64,000 bases of DNA, taken from the NCBI GenBank assembly GCA_963706955.1, contig CAVPOC010000005.1, forward strand, positions 1-64,000, given 5' to 3'. Source of the stretch: an uncultured Verrucomicrobiae bacterium (GTDB taxonomy: Bacteria > Verrucomicrobiota > Verrucomicrobiia > Chthoniobacterales > Terrimicrobiaceae). A program made the position numbers and the translations under genes. Below, piece after piece: positions 11,527-23,153 of the stretch (the stretch's first letter is position 1; the number at the start of each line of letters is the position of its first letter). The notes beneath the pieces are model-generated. The model did no database searches. It saw nothing but the letters and a program-made list of their open reading frames with translations, and was not told the origin of the DNA.

Positions 11527-11934
11527 TCAACCTCTGGCTAGCGCCATGATAGCCCGGTATTCGTCTGCAGTCACGGGCATGACACTGAGTCGCGGACTGC
11601 GCACCAAGGCAAGCTGGCTAAGTTTCTTATCAGCTCTGATTTCCTCGAGTGAGACTCGCCGGCGTAGCGGCTTCAGCGGTTTTAGCTCGACGGCTACCCA
11701 ATTTCCACCCGTCGCGGTGGGATCAGCGAAAGCCTCGCGAAGAACTTGTGCTTCACCGACAATCGCCTTATCGATGACGCTGTGATAAAAGAGCACGCGG
11801 TCACCTGCTTTCATTGAGCGCAAGTTATTGCGAGCCTGAAAATTTCTTACACCCGTCCAGACGGTCTTTCCCTCCTTAACGAAGTCGTCCCACGAATAAG
11901 CCGTCGGCTCCTGCTTGACGAGCCAGGACTTCAT
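11527..11934 (-). CDS. EVE domain protein
   Basis: WLVKQEP..YSW, WTGVRNFQARN, GDRVLFYHS, RLSVMPV. Confidence 0.93.
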   Translation of the reverse strand: MKSWLVKQEPTAYSWDDFVKEGKTVWTGVRNFQARNNLRSMKAGDRVLFYHSVIDKAIVGEAQVLREAFADPTATGGNWVAVELKPLKPLRRRVSLEEIRADKKLSQLALVRSPRLSVMPVTADEYRAIMALARG

Positions 11935-12998
11935 GCGCAGGTGTGGGCGACCGCGCGACCCTCGAGGTAAGAGTTTATGTTTTCCATCGTCACGCCGGTA
12001 AGGCGTTCCATAGCCTCGTGGCTGTTGAAAGCGACGTGCGGAGTAAGCACAACTTCAGGGCGATTCAAGAGCCGGTGATGCGCGACCAGCTTGGAGAATT
12101 CCGCCACCCGCTGCGCCGAGGTTTCTCTGATCATTCTGCCTGCTGAGCTCCGAACCCGTTCCGCAATCTTCTCGCTGAGAACTTGCGTTGCTCCGCCTCG
12201 GAAGACGCGTTCATCCTCGAGGACATCAAGGCCGACCCCGGCGACTCGTCCTGAATCCAAGGCTTCGATAAGTGCACTCGAGTCGATAAGCCCGCCGCGC
12301 GCCGTATTGATAAGCAGGAGGCCAGGTCGGCAGAGCGCGAGGGCCTCGCGGTTAATCATATGACGCGTGGTGGGAGTAAGCGGCACGTGCAAAGTTATCA
12401 CGTCCGACTCACGCATCAGCTCTGCAAAGTCGACATAGCGAAAATCGAGCAGTTCGCTATAAAAAGCATGCGCCGAGTCGTCGAAGGCGAGCACACGCAT
12501 GCCGAAGCCGTTTCCAATTCGGATAACGTGAAGCCCGACCCGACCCGCGCCCACCACGCCAAGAGTCTTGCCCCGTAAGTCGAAGCCACGCAGTCGTTCG
12601 CGTCTGAAACGCCCTGTCCGCACAGCTCGTTCCGAATCCCTCAGACGCCGCGAGAGTGCGAGAATGAGCGCAAAAGTATGTTCGGCGACGGTGTTCTCGC
12701 CATAGCTTCCTACATTGGCAACGCCAACTCCGCGCCTTTCACAAACATCGAGATCGATATGGTCGCAACCCGTCGAACGGGTGGCGATCAAACGAAGGCG
12801 AGGGTGATCATCCAGAAAGGAACCGTCGATTTTTTCCGTTATGAACACCGAGACTATTTCAGTATCTTCGGGCACCTCATCGAGTCGGTCGACAAACAAG
12901 ACCTCGTGCTCGGCAAACGCCTCTTCGAATAGAGTTTTGGCCTCGTTCTCGACCTCCACGAAGCACATTTTCCTGCTTTGCACGGAAGTCTCGCTCAT
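11931..12998 (-). CDS. D-isomer-specific 2-hydroxyacid dehydrogenase
   Basis: TRSTGCDHID, GVVGAGRVG, INTARG, LDVLEDE, TPHVA. Confidence 0.92.
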   Translation of the reverse strand: MSETSVQSRKMCFVEVENEAKTLFEEAFAEHEVLFVDRLDEVPEDTEIVSVFITEKIDGSFLDDHPRLRLIATRSTGCDHIDLDVCERRGVGVANVGSYGENTVAEHTFALILALSRRLRDSERAVRTGRFRRERLRGFDLRGKTLGVVGAGRVGLHVIRIGNGFGMRVLAFDDSAHAFYSELLDFRYVDFAELMRESDVITLHVPLTPTTRHMINREALALCRPGLLLINTARGGLIDSSALIEALDSGRVAGVGLDVLEDERVFRGGATQVLSEKIAERVRSSAGRMIRETSAQRVAEFSKLVAHHRLLNRPEVVLTPHVAFNSHEAMERLTGVTMENINSYLEGRAVAHTCA

Positions 12999-13017
12999 CA
13001 ACAATTATGATTCTGGC

Positions 13018-13680
13018 ATGTCGGACACGAGTCAAACAGGTTTCTTCATCAGTTTCGAAGGATCCGAGGGAAGCGGCAAGAGCACCCAGATTCAGTTGCT
13101 CGACGAATACCTTTCTAGCGTGGGATTAAGGCCGGTTCTGGTCCGGGAACCGGGCGGCACGGCCGTCGGGGAGAGCCTCCGCCACTTGTTGCAGCACTCG
13201 GCCGAAGGGCGGGAGATGACGGCAGAATGTGAACTCCTGCTTTTCGCGGCAAGTCGTGCGCAGTTGGTTCGCGAAAAAATTCTTCCGGCCCTCGCGGAAG
13301 GTGCGATCGTAATCTCGGACCGTTTTCTCGACTCAACAACTGTGTATCAGGGTGTTGCGAGAAGGATCCCGGCGAAGATCGTCGAGGTGATCAATCGCTT
13401 TGCGACCGGACCTAGACTGCCAGACATTACCTTCCTTCTCGACATGGATGCGATCGAGGCCCATAAGAGGATCAGTAGTCGGCGGACCGGCGATCCTGAT
13501 AGGATGGAAGAACAGCCTGCGGAATTCTACCAAGCCGTGCGCTGTGGCTATTTGGATGCGGCGTCGAACTGTACAGACAGGATTCGCCTTTTGGATGCGT
13601 CCAAACCGGAAGAGGAAATTGCCAGGGAAATCCAAGAAACGCTGCGCTTTCATGCCATTTTCAAAGGAAGCAGCACTTGA
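13018..13680 (+). CDS. tmk: Thymidylate kinase
   Basis: FISFEGSEGSGKSTQ, REPGGT, SDRFLDST.VYQG. Confidence 0.95.
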   Translation: MSDTSQTGFFISFEGSEGSGKSTQIQLLDEYLSSVGLRPVLVREPGGTAVGESLRHLLQHSAEGREMTAECELLLFAASRAQLVREKILPALAEGAIVISDRFLDSTTVYQGVARRIPAKIVEVINRFATGPRLPDITFLLDMDAIEAHKRISSRRTGDPDRMEEQPAEFYQAVRCGYLDAASNCTDRIRLLDASKPEEEIAREIQETLRFHAIFKGSST

Positions 13681-14645
13681 ACGGCTGAACGAAGCCCGTC
13701 GCGCCGGCCGATTGGCGCACGCTTATCTGCTAACGGGTCCCGTTGGAAGTGGGAAGTCCTGGTTGGCGGAACGGATCGCGGCCGCGCTTTTGGAGTGTGC
13801 ACCGGAACGCGTGATTACTCATCCCGATTTGCGCGTCGTGCAGCCAGAATCGAAATCTCGACGCATCGTCATTGATCAGATTCGCGAGCTCGAGCATGCC
13901 ATTACGCGCAAGCCTCTGCTGGCGAGCAGCAAAGTCGCTATCATTCACGATGCCGAGCGGATGCAACCCCAGGCCGCCAATGCATTTCTCAAGACCTTGG
14001 AAGAACCGCCAGAGGGTTCGCTGATCCTGCTATTGAGCACCGTTCCCGAGGCAATTCTCGAAACGGTTTTGTCCCGCTGCGTGGAAACTGCCTTGCGGCC
14101 TGATGCGAAACAAGAATCAACCCCGGAAGAAGAGGCCATTCTGAGTGCGCTGCAAGAATCTCTGATCGAGCGAAGAGAGGCCAGGCGTCGCGGCGGCATT
14201 CCGGTTGGCACGAGCGGTTCAGGAGATTCTTTCGGAGATTCGCGAAAGGATCGCGTCAGAACACGAAGATCTGCTCCGCAAGGAGACTGCCCGCTATAGG
14301 CAGGCGGCCGATGACTCTTCATGGTTCGAAGAACGCGCCGGGCAAGTTAAGGCGCTGGTGGAAGCTGGAGCTTTGCGCGAACGCGAGCGCGTGCTCCAGG
14401 CGGATCTTCGAGGCGGTCGCTGCTGCCTTGCGAGCGCAGCATGGACGTGCCCGTCGAAGAATCCAGTTGTCGCTGCTCTATCTCGAAAGTTCTCGGCAAG
14501 AGAGCTGCTACGATGCCTTGACACTCTGGAACTGCTGCGTCGCCGACTCGCTTTGGGCGTTCAGGAATCCCTTGCGTTTGAAAGCGGATTCCTCGAAATG
14601 ATCACTGTCCATGAAACCTCTCGTTCCGCGACCCTCAAGCGCTGA
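13652..14645 (+). CDS. holB: DNA polymerase III subunit delta' (frameshifted)
   Basis: RLAHAYLLTGP.GSGK, HPD, AANAFLKTLEEPP, TVLSRC; follows tmk. Confidence 0.88.
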
Positions 14646-14698
14646 GACTTGCTCGAGAGTGAGGCGCCGGAAAACCGCGGCTATCGACCAACTGCTTT

Positions 14699-15484
14699 AT
14701 GGCTCGAATCGTAATCAAGTTTGGCACGGGCGTCCTCTCGCGCGCCGGCGGGCGGGCGCTTGATGGAAGGCAATTTCGTCGCTTTGCGGCCGAGATTGCT
14801 TCGCTGCGTCAAGGAGGGGAATTCTTGCGTCATCGTCAGCAGTGCGGCGATCGCGGCGGGCGTCCACATGCTGGGTCTCGGCCAGCGACCGGAAGATCTT
14901 CCCGGAAAACAAGCCTGTGCCGCGGCCGGCCAGCCGGAACTTATGCGCATGTATGCCACGGCCTTCAAACGGCACGGCATCAAAGTCGCCCAACTGCTGC
15001 TGACGCACGATGACATCGATAGCCGCATGCGGCGGCAGAATGCGTCCAATACGATCGAACGGATATTCCAAACCCGAAACATCGTCCCGGTCATTAACGA
15101 AAATGATACCGTGGCCGTGGAAGAGCTTCGCTTCGGTGACAATGACCGCCTTTCCGCGGAGGTCGCTCAGCTGGTAAATGCTAATCTCTTGCTCTTGGTA
15201 ACCTCATCCGATGGGCTGATCGATTCGCACGGGCGGCGGATTACGAAAGCTCGAGGCGGTCTCGGAAGTTTGGCAACATGTCCGCCCCGACAAAGGGGAA
15301 ATGTCGGTAGGTGGAATGCGAACAAAGCTTCAAGCCGTGGATTTCGCGCTATCGCATGGGATTACTACGTTTATTGTCGACGGTCGCAAAACCGGTCAGA
15401 ATCTCCGCGGCGCTCAACGGAGAAGACGTTGGCACGCAGTTCCTCCCGGCATCGCGACGTGAGAACGAGCAGGTGCGGACCTAG
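14699..15484 (+). CDS. proB: Glutamate 5-kinase, no PUA domain (frameshifted)
   Basis: IVIKFGT, VSSAAIAAG, KQACAAAGQ, PVINENDTV, FGDNDRLSA, GGMRTK. Confidence 0.92.
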
Positions 15485-15489
15485 GGCCT

Positions 15490-16352
15490 ATGATGAGCCT
15501 CCAAGTGGCGGTCATCGCCAGGAACACCTTTACCGAGCTCGTCCGCCAGAAGGTCTTTTACATCATCCTCGTTTTCGCCGTTTGTGCGATCGGTAGCTCG
15601 GTCTTCATGGCGCGTCTTACCTTTCAGGAGGAATTTCAGATGCTCAAGGATGTCTGCCTGGGAGCGATGTCGATCTTTACCTCGCTGCTGGCCATTCTCG
15701 CCACCGCGAATTTTCTCCCGAAGGATCTCGAAGATCGCACACTCTACAATCTTCTGTCGAAACCGGTTCCCCGCTTCGTCTATCTCCTCGGCAAGCTTCT
15801 CGGAATCATCTTGCTGCTCGCGCTCTTCACTCTTCTGATGAGTGCCGTCTTCGGCATCGTGCTCGGGTTGCGCGAACAGAGCGTTCTCGCGCAAACGCGT
15901 TCGGAATTTCGCGACGCGCCTGAGGAATCGGCGGCCGCGCTCGCGGCCATCCAAGCCGCGACTTTCAACGCGAACCTCGATTCCTGGCATCCTCATCATC
16001 TTCGTAAAGGCTGTCCTGCTCGCTGCGCTGACCCTCTTTATCTCCACCTTCGCCACCTCATCACTTTTCACCGTCATGATCGCCGCGGCCGTTTACTTCA
16101 TCGGTCATCTGCAATCGACCGCACGTGAATACTGGTTGCAAGGAGTCGATATCAAATGGTGGACGCGCCTGATTGTTGCCTTGGTGGCGCTGCTCTTTCC
16201 CGATCTTCAATCGTTCAACCTCACAGACGACGTGATCGCCGGAGCACCCATACCGCTGCACATGTTCCTCGAGACATTTGCCTTCGGCTGGGTATACACG
16301 GCGGTCTATTTTGCTCTTCTCCGCCCTGGTCTTCGCAGGACGAGAACTATGA
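15490..16352 (+). CDS. ABC-2 type permease-like protein (frameshifted)
   Basis: IARNTFTELVRQK, DLEDRTLYNLLSKPV.R..YLLGK, LFPDLQSFN. Confidence 0.8.
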
Positions 16353-17109
16353 TTCGACAGGCGATGGCCATTGCTTTGCTCGGGGTGTTTGGGATTCTCA
16401 AGATGCCGGCAGAAAAGATCTCTCGACGCAGCCCAAAGACAAGCAGGGCTGCGGGGACTGCTCTCAACCTCGATCTACGCGAAAAGGTCGGACAGCTGAG
16501 CTTTCTGGCGGCTTTGAGCGGTTTTCGCTCGCCGCTGGCTGCCTTTCTCTGGATCGAAGCCCACAATGCATGGGAACGAACCGAGTGGGGCCGCATGGCT
16601 GCGCTTTTCGATGCGGTCACTACTCTTCAGCCCCGATCTCTCCTCTATTGGGATATGGCCGCGTGGCACATGGCCTGGAACGCGAGCACAGCCGCGCTCC
16701 AGGATACGTCCCAGCCCAGCGAGGCCTTTCGCATCCGCAACCAACGTCAATACTTTCGGCTTGGACGCGAATTACCTCGAGCGGGGCATTAAGAATAACC
16801 CGGAGAGCTTCTTTCTTTATCGCAGCCTGGCAGTTCTCCTGCGCGACAAGTTCGAGGATCATTGCGGGGCCGGCGAAGCTTTCCTCAAGGCCTCGCAGCT
16901 TCCTGGGCGCTCCAGCCTATCTCGGGCGGTTTGCTGGTTATGAATTGGCGAAGTGCCCGGGTCATGAGCAAGCGGCTTACAATCTGCTCAGGGCGCTCTA
17001 CGACGCAGAACCTGGCGGACGTAAACCAATGCTTATCACAATCCTCAAGGAACTTGAAAAGAGGCTGGATGTCCCCAGCTGGCAGCGCATAAATTCAGAA
17101 GTGGAATAG
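16349..17109 (+). CDS. Conserved hypothetical protein with TPR-like C-terminus (frameshifted)
   Basis: LSGFRS..A..LW, TTLQP, AAWHMAWNAS, ERGIKNNP; ATGA overlap with the upstream permease. Confidence 0.65.
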
Positions 17110-17124
17110 ATTTTACTCTCTCCA

Positions 17125-17847
17125 ATGCGCTTCGCAATTTTTGGCGATATCCATGCCAACCTTCATGCCCTGAAAGTTGTCCTCGCCGACGCTGAGACCC
17201 ATATGTGCTCCCATTTCGTTTGCATGGGCGATGTTGTCGGCTACAACGCCTACCCGAAGCAGTGCATCCAAGCAGTCCGCCAGCTGGACTGTCCCGTCGT
17301 CAAGGGCAACCACGACGAGCAAGCCTCGATGTCTGGTGATCAAGAGGGCTTTAATCCCCTCGCCGAGGAAGCCATCAACTGGACACGCGAGCAACTTTCC
17401 AATGAAGAAAAAGAGTGGCTTCGCGCGCTGCGTCTTCAACGTCAAGTCCGCGATTTCACCATTGTCCACGCCACTCTGGATACACCTCACAAATGGGGCT
17501 ATGTCTTTAATCAGCTCGACGCAGCCGCCAGCTTTAATTATCAGCACACCTCGGTTTGCTTCATCGGGCACACCCACTCGCCAAAGGCCTATGTGCGCGA
17601 CGGCAGCGTGAGAATTATTCCGCTGGATGTTCTGGCACTTCAGCGCGGAAAGAAATACCTGATCAACGTTGGCAGTGTCGGCCAACCCCGTGATGGAGAC
17701 TGGCGGGCGGCCTATTGCATTTACGATACCAGCAGCAATGAGGTTCAGTTGCGCCGCCTGGAATATGATCTCGGTGGTGCCCAGAAAGCCATTCTCGATG
17801 CGGGTCTGCCGCGACGGCTGGCCGAACGTCTGGCCATTGGCCGCTAG
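17125..17847 (+). CDS. Metallophosphoesterase family protein
   Basis: GDIHAN, GDVVGY, GNHD, GHTH, INVGSVGQPRD. Confidence 0.93.
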   Translation: MRFAIFGDIHANLHALKVVLADAETHMCSHFVCMGDVVGYNAYPKQCIQAVRQLDCPVVKGNHDEQASMSGDQEGFNPLAEEAINWTREQLSNEEKEWLRALRLQRQVRDFTIVHATLDTPHKWGYVFNQLDAAASFNYQHTSVCFIGHTHSPKAYVRDGSVRIIPLDVLALQRGKKYLINVGSVGQPRDGDWRAAYCIYDTSSNEVQLRRLEYDLGGAQKAILDAGLPRRLAERLAIGR

Positions 17848-17873
17848 CGTCTCACTTCACAGATTGTTGCGAG

Positions 17874-18851
17874 CTGAAGACGCTCCTTCTCATAAAGCCG
17901 GGTTCGTTAGGCGACATCATTCATGCTCTCCCGTGCGCAGCGGCACTCAAGGACTTTTACCCGGAAATCAAAATCACCTGGCTAGTCGACGAGCGCTGGC
18001 AAGCCGTGCTCAGGGACAATCCGGTTGTCAACGAGATAGTGATTTTTCCACGCGAAAGGTTTCGAGGTTTGGCCGGAATGCTAGCTTCGATTCCGTGGTC
18101 GCTTCAACTCCGTAAGATTCGCCCGGATGTTGCCCTGGATCTGCAGGGACTACTCCGCAGCGCGCTCATGGCCAGGCTAAGTCGCGCCGGGCGTGCCATT
18201 GGAATCAGCGATGCGCGCGAGGGCGCCAGCCGGCTCTATCACCAGGTGGTCCCGGTGATCCGCGGTGAGCATGCTGTCTTGCGCTATCTGAGAATCCTTG
18301 GAAGCCTCGGGCTCCCGAAGATCGAGCGGCCCGTCTTTCCGCTTCCGCCGGGCGTCCCCTTGGCGGCACCGTTTCGCGACCGGCCGTTTGTTGTGCTGCA
18401 TCCGTTTGCGAGAGGCGAAGGAAAGTCGCTTGCGGCTGAACATGTCATCCAGTTTTGTGAAAGCGTCCGGCCACTGACAACTGTCCTGGCAGGCGTCGGA
18501 AAGCTGCCGCGAGAATTGCCCGGAACTACCATCAATCTGCTCAACCAAACTACCATCGGAGAGATGATTTGGCTTCTCCGCGCGGCTGATTTTGTCGTCA
18601 GTGTGGACAGCGGGCCGATGCACATCGCCGCGGCCGTCGACACGAAAATGCTTTCTATTCACACCTGGAGCGATCCCCGGCTGGTCGGCCCATTCAGCGA
18701 CGATGCCTGGATTTGGCAAGGCGGACAAATTCGGCGGCAGCAAATTGGGGCGCACTCGTTGCTTCCCGCACGACCGCCACATGGCGGCGACATCGTTGAG
18801 ATCGCCGATTTCGTCAAGGAGTTGGTCGCCGAGCAGCGATCTTCGCAATAG
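17874..18851 (+). CDS. Glycosyltransferase family 9 (LPS heptosyltransferase-like); start uncertain
   Basis: LIKPGSLGDIIHALP in frame upstream of the annotated ORF, DLQGLLRS, SVDSGPMHIAAA. Confidence 0.9.
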   Translation: MKTLLLIKPGSLGDIIHALPCAAALKDFYPEIKITWLVDERWQAVLRDNPVVNEIVIFPRERFRGLAGMLASIPWSLQLRKIRPDVALDLQGLLRSALMARLSRAGRAIGISDAREGASRLYHQVVPVIRGEHAVLRYLRILGSLGLPKIERPVFPLPPGVPLAAPFRDRPFVVLHPFARGEGKSLAAEHVIQFCESVRPLTTVLAGVGKLPRELPGTTINLLNQTTIGEMIWLLRAADFVVSVDSGPMHIAAAVDTKMLSIHTWSDPRLVGPFSDDAWIWQGGQIRRQQIGAHSLLPARPPHGGDIVEIADFVKELVAEQRSSQ

Positions 18852-18911
18852 CTGGCGACTTCTGCGGCTTCTCTTTCTCTGGAAGAGGCGCAAAGATCTA
18901 CTCTTCTTCGC

Positions 18912-19902
<991 letters not shown>

Positions 19903-19953
19903 TTAACGACGCCTTTACCTAGCCCGTCGCCTCAGGTAATGACACCTAAAAAT

Positions 19954-19993
19954 GAGAAAACCCGTTTTGCGCCTTGGCCAAACGGGTTTTCTC
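19954..19993 (-). terminator. Intrinsic terminator downstream of hup
   Basis: GAGAAAACCCGTTT / AAACGGGTTTTCTC 14-bp stem followed by a T-run on the minus strand. Confidence 0.7.
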
Positions 19994-20011
19994 GGTGCGG
20001 GGGGGAAATCC

Positions 20012-20281
20012 CTACACGAGGTCTTTAAAGGACTTACCAGTGACGAACTTGACCGTCTTCGAGGCCCTAATCTTTATCTTCTCGCCAGTTTTGGGATTTA
20101 CCCCAGTGCGCGCCTTGCGCGAGGCGACTTTGAAGGTGCCAAATCCGATAAGCTGAACGGTCTTGGACTTTTTAACGCCGGCTTTGATGCCGTCGATAAC
20201 GGCGTTCACGGCGCGCTCAGCGTCGGCTTTACTACTTCCGAGGGTTTTTTGGACGGAGGAAACGAGTTCAACTTTGTTCAT
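20012..20281 (-). CDS. hup: DNA-binding protein HU
   Basis: MNKVELV, VQLIGFGTF, RKARTGVNPKTGE. Confidence 0.95.
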   Translation of the reverse strand: MNKVELVSSVQKTLGSSKADAERAVNAVIDGIKAGVKKSKTVQLIGFGTFKVASRKARTGVNPKTGEKIKIRASKTVKFVTGKSFKDLV

Positions 20282-20456
20282 TTGGGCAAGAAAGTGAGGA
20301 AAAAGGGTTGGCGGCTTGTAACTAAGGCAGCGGCACTATGCCGGGATCGGGTCGGAGTGTCAACAATTCAGCGTGACAAAATCTCAATGCAATGTCCCGC
20401 AGAGGCTGTTCTGGCCAAAGGTTGCAGCCGACGACGGCGAGGGATATATAACGTGG

Positions 20457-21017
20457 ATGAGCTTTGACGAGCAGATTGCGATGTTTCTGGGGCGCTCGCC
20501 ACGTGTGGCAGTTTCGGCGTTCATTGCACCCGGGGCATTCGTGGCTGGCGATGTGACCATTGGTGAGGAAGCGAGCATTTGGCCCGGGTGCTCGCTGCGT
20601 GGCGACATCGCGCCAATTGCAATCGGAGCTCATTCCAATATTCAAGATGGTTCTGTGGTTCATGTCGCCGATGATCTACCGGCAGTCGTCGGCGAGTGGG
20701 TCACCGTTGGGCACAAGGCCATCGTGCACGCTTGTGAGATTGGCGATGAAGTTCTCGTCGGCATGGGAGCAATCATCTTGGACGGAGCCAAGATCGGCCG
20801 GCGCTCGATTATTGGCGCGAATGCGACGGTCACCATGCAATCGCAGATTCCGCCGGGGTCGCTGGTTCTCGGATCGCCGGCGATAATCAAACGCATACTA
20901 AGCGAAGAGGAACAGGCTGGGATTCGAAGATGGGCCGAGCGCTACGTGGCGCTGTCGCGTCTCTACCTGGCACGTTCCAGGGGCAGTGACGTGGTTGCTC
21001 ATAGTGTCGTGAGCTGA
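20457..21017 (+). CDS. Gamma carbonic anhydrase family protein
   Basis: Hexapeptide repeats, LRGD, SNIQDGSVVH, VGHKAIVHAC. Confidence 0.92.
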   Translation: MSFDEQIAMFLGRSPRVAVSAFIAPGAFVAGDVTIGEEASIWPGCSLRGDIAPIAIGAHSNIQDGSVVHVADDLPAVVGEWVTVGHKAIVHACEIGDEVLVGMGAIILDGAKIGRRSIIGANATVTMQSQIPPGSLVLGSPAIIKRILSEEEQAGIRRWAERYVALSRLYLARSRGSDVVAHSVVS

Positions 21018-21029
21018 TACCTTTGTGCC

Positions 21030-21509
21030 ATGAGCAAGGATGTGATCCAGGTCCAGATCAAGGCGCTCATTCCCACGAACGCCGGAGTGGCGGTTTTTCT
21101 CGGCAACGAAGAGAAGATCTTTGTGATCTACGTCGATCCGAGCGTTGGCAGTGCCATCAACATGTTCGTAAATGGCACCGCGAAAGAGCGCCCGCTGACG
21201 CATGACTTGATGGCTTTGATTCTCGCGGCAGTCGGAGCAAGAGTAGAGCGGGTGATTGTCAATGATCTGAAGAGCGGAACGTATTTCGGACGGTTGATTA
21301 TCACTGCGGAAAATGAACTTCAGCAGCGCAAGATCATCGAGCTTGATTCCCGGCCGAGCGATTGCCTTGCCATGGCCACACAACAGAAGGCGCCTATCTT
21401 CGTCAGCCGCGAAGTTTGGGACGAGGTCGAAGACATGTCGGATGTATTGGAAACGATGCAGCATCAGAGCGGCAAGAATCCCGATGAGGAGGAAGATGAG
21501 GAAACCTAA
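21030..21509 (+). CDS. Bifunctional nuclease family protein (DUF151)
   Basis: RPLTHDL, DSRPSDCLAMA. Confidence 0.9.
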   Translation: MSKDVIQVQIKALIPTNAGVAVFLGNEEKIFVIYVDPSVGSAINMFVNGTAKERPLTHDLMALILAAVGARVERVIVNDLKSGTYFGRLIITAENELQQRKIIELDSRPSDCLAMATQQKAPIFVSREVWDEVEDMSDVLETMQHQSGKNPDEEEDEET

Positions 21510-21616
21510 AGCGAATACGCGCGCGCCTTCCCGACTGATACGGCCTCCCTCAGTGCTCCGGTGAGACTATTTAAGTCTTACCCAGGGATGGGGAGCACGG
21601 ATTGCCTGCACGATCG

Positions 21617-23044
21617 TCATTCCGGCTCTTCGCTCCGACCGGGATGAAGGCCGAATCGGCTGAGTTTTTCACGCATCGTCAGACGGGAGATGCCGAGCCA
21701 ACGCGCAGCCTTGGCTTGGTTACCCCGTGCAAGTTGAATCGCTTGGGTAAAAAGCTCACGCTCGGTCGCTTCAATAAGCGCGGCGTGGGCGTTCGCAATT
21801 TCGCCTCGGCTGGCGGAGGCGATTAGCTCGGAGACGTAGCTGGCCAGCGACTCGCCCGAGACGCCGGATGGGGCCGAACCAGCGCAAGCACGGGACGCCT
21901 CGTCGAGACCGATTGGGTAGCCACGCGCCATCAGCAGGGCCTTGCGCACGGCGTTCTCCAGTTCGCGCACGTTGCCGCGCCAAGGCTGCTGCTGCAGAAA
22001 GCGGAGCGCTTCGGGATGGATGGAGGGCTCTTTCAGTCCGAGCTCGGCACCGTAGCGGGCGAGGAAATATCTCACCGTGTCGGGAATATCCTCCGGCCGT
22101 TTGCGAAGCGGCGGAATTTCAATGACGACAACGTTGAGCCGAAAGAACAGGTCTTCCCGAAACTCCTTTTCTCGCATCGCAGCCTCCAGGTCCCGATGAG
22201 TGGCCGCGAGAACGCGCACGTCAATTCGCAGGCCGTCGCGACCACCGAGACGCTGAATCGTCTTTTCCTGGAGCACGCGCAGCAGCTTCGCTTGCGTGTT
22301 GGACCGCATGTCGCCAATCTCATCGAGGAAAATGGTGCCGCCATCTGCCTGCTCAAAGCGACCGATCCGCCGTGCATCTGCGCCGGTAAAAGCGCCTTTC
22401 TCGTGCCCGAAGAGCTCGCTCTCCAGTAAAGTCTCCGGGATCGCTGCGCAGTTCACGGCGATGAACGGTTTCTCGACTCGGTCGCTGTGTTGATAGATGG
22501 CTCGGGCAACCAGCTCTTTGCCGGTTCCGGTCTCACCGCGGATGAGCACGGTCAGCGTGGTCGCCGCGACGCGTCCGATCTCCTTATAGATCTCCTGCAT
22601 GGCGCGGCTATTGCCGATGATGGCGTCGCGGCCAGCGACGATGTTACCGATTTCAACCGGCTGAGACATCAGCCGGGTGGCGGCGAGCGCTCGCTCAATT
22701 GCGTGAAGCATCGCTGGCATCTCGAACGGCTTCAGCAAATAGTCGAAAGCGCCATGTCTGGTCGCTTCGATGGCGATGTCGGTCGTGCCGTGCGCGGTCA
22801 TGAGAATGATTGGCAGCCTCGCCTGCACGGTGCGCAACCGCTTGACAATGTCGAGACCGCTCAGGTCTGGCAACTTCAAGTCAGTGAGCACCACGTCGCA
22901 GTTCCTTTTAGCCGCCAGGGCCAGCCCTTGCTCGCCAGTAGCCGCGGCAATCACGGCGTGGCCTTCGTCTTCAAGCACCTGCCGAAGTGATTCCGCGGTT
23001 CCAGAATCATCCTCGACAACCAGCACTGTTCCGGCGCGGCTCAT
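21617..23044 (-). CDS. Sigma-54-dependent NtrC-family response regulator
   Basis: REC domain, GETGTGKE, ELFGHEKGAFTGA, Fis HTH GNQAKAARWLGISR. Confidence 0.95.
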   Translation of the reverse strand: MSRAGTVLVVEDDSGTAESLRQVLEDEGHAVIAAATGEQGLALAAKRNCDVVLTDLKLPDLSGLDIVKRLRTVQARLPIILMTAHGTTDIAIEATRHGAFDYLLKPFEMPAMLHAIERALAATRLMSQPVEIGNIVAGRDAIIGNSRAMQEIYKEIGRVAATTLTVLIRGETGTGKELVARAIYQHSDRVEKPFIAVNCAAIPETLLESELFGHEKGAFTGADARRIGRFEQADGGTIFLDEIGDMRSNTQAKLLRVLQEKTIQRLGGRDGLRIDVRVLAATHRDLEAAMREKEFREDLFFRLNVVVIEIPPLRKRPEDIPDTVRYFLARYGAELGLKEPSIHPEALRFLQQQPWRGNVRELENAVRKALLMARGYPIGLDEASRACAGSAPSGVSGESLASYVSELIASASRGEIANAHAALIEATERELFTQAIQLARGNQAKAARWLGISRLTMREKLSRFGLHPGRSEEPE

Positions 23045-23153
23045 GTTTTACCTGAACCACCATATCGAAAGCGTGCTGGGAATCTATGCCTAGCTCGGAG
23101 CTGACGCGCTTTCTTGATTCTGAAAATCCTCGCCGGGCTGACGCAGGTGCAGC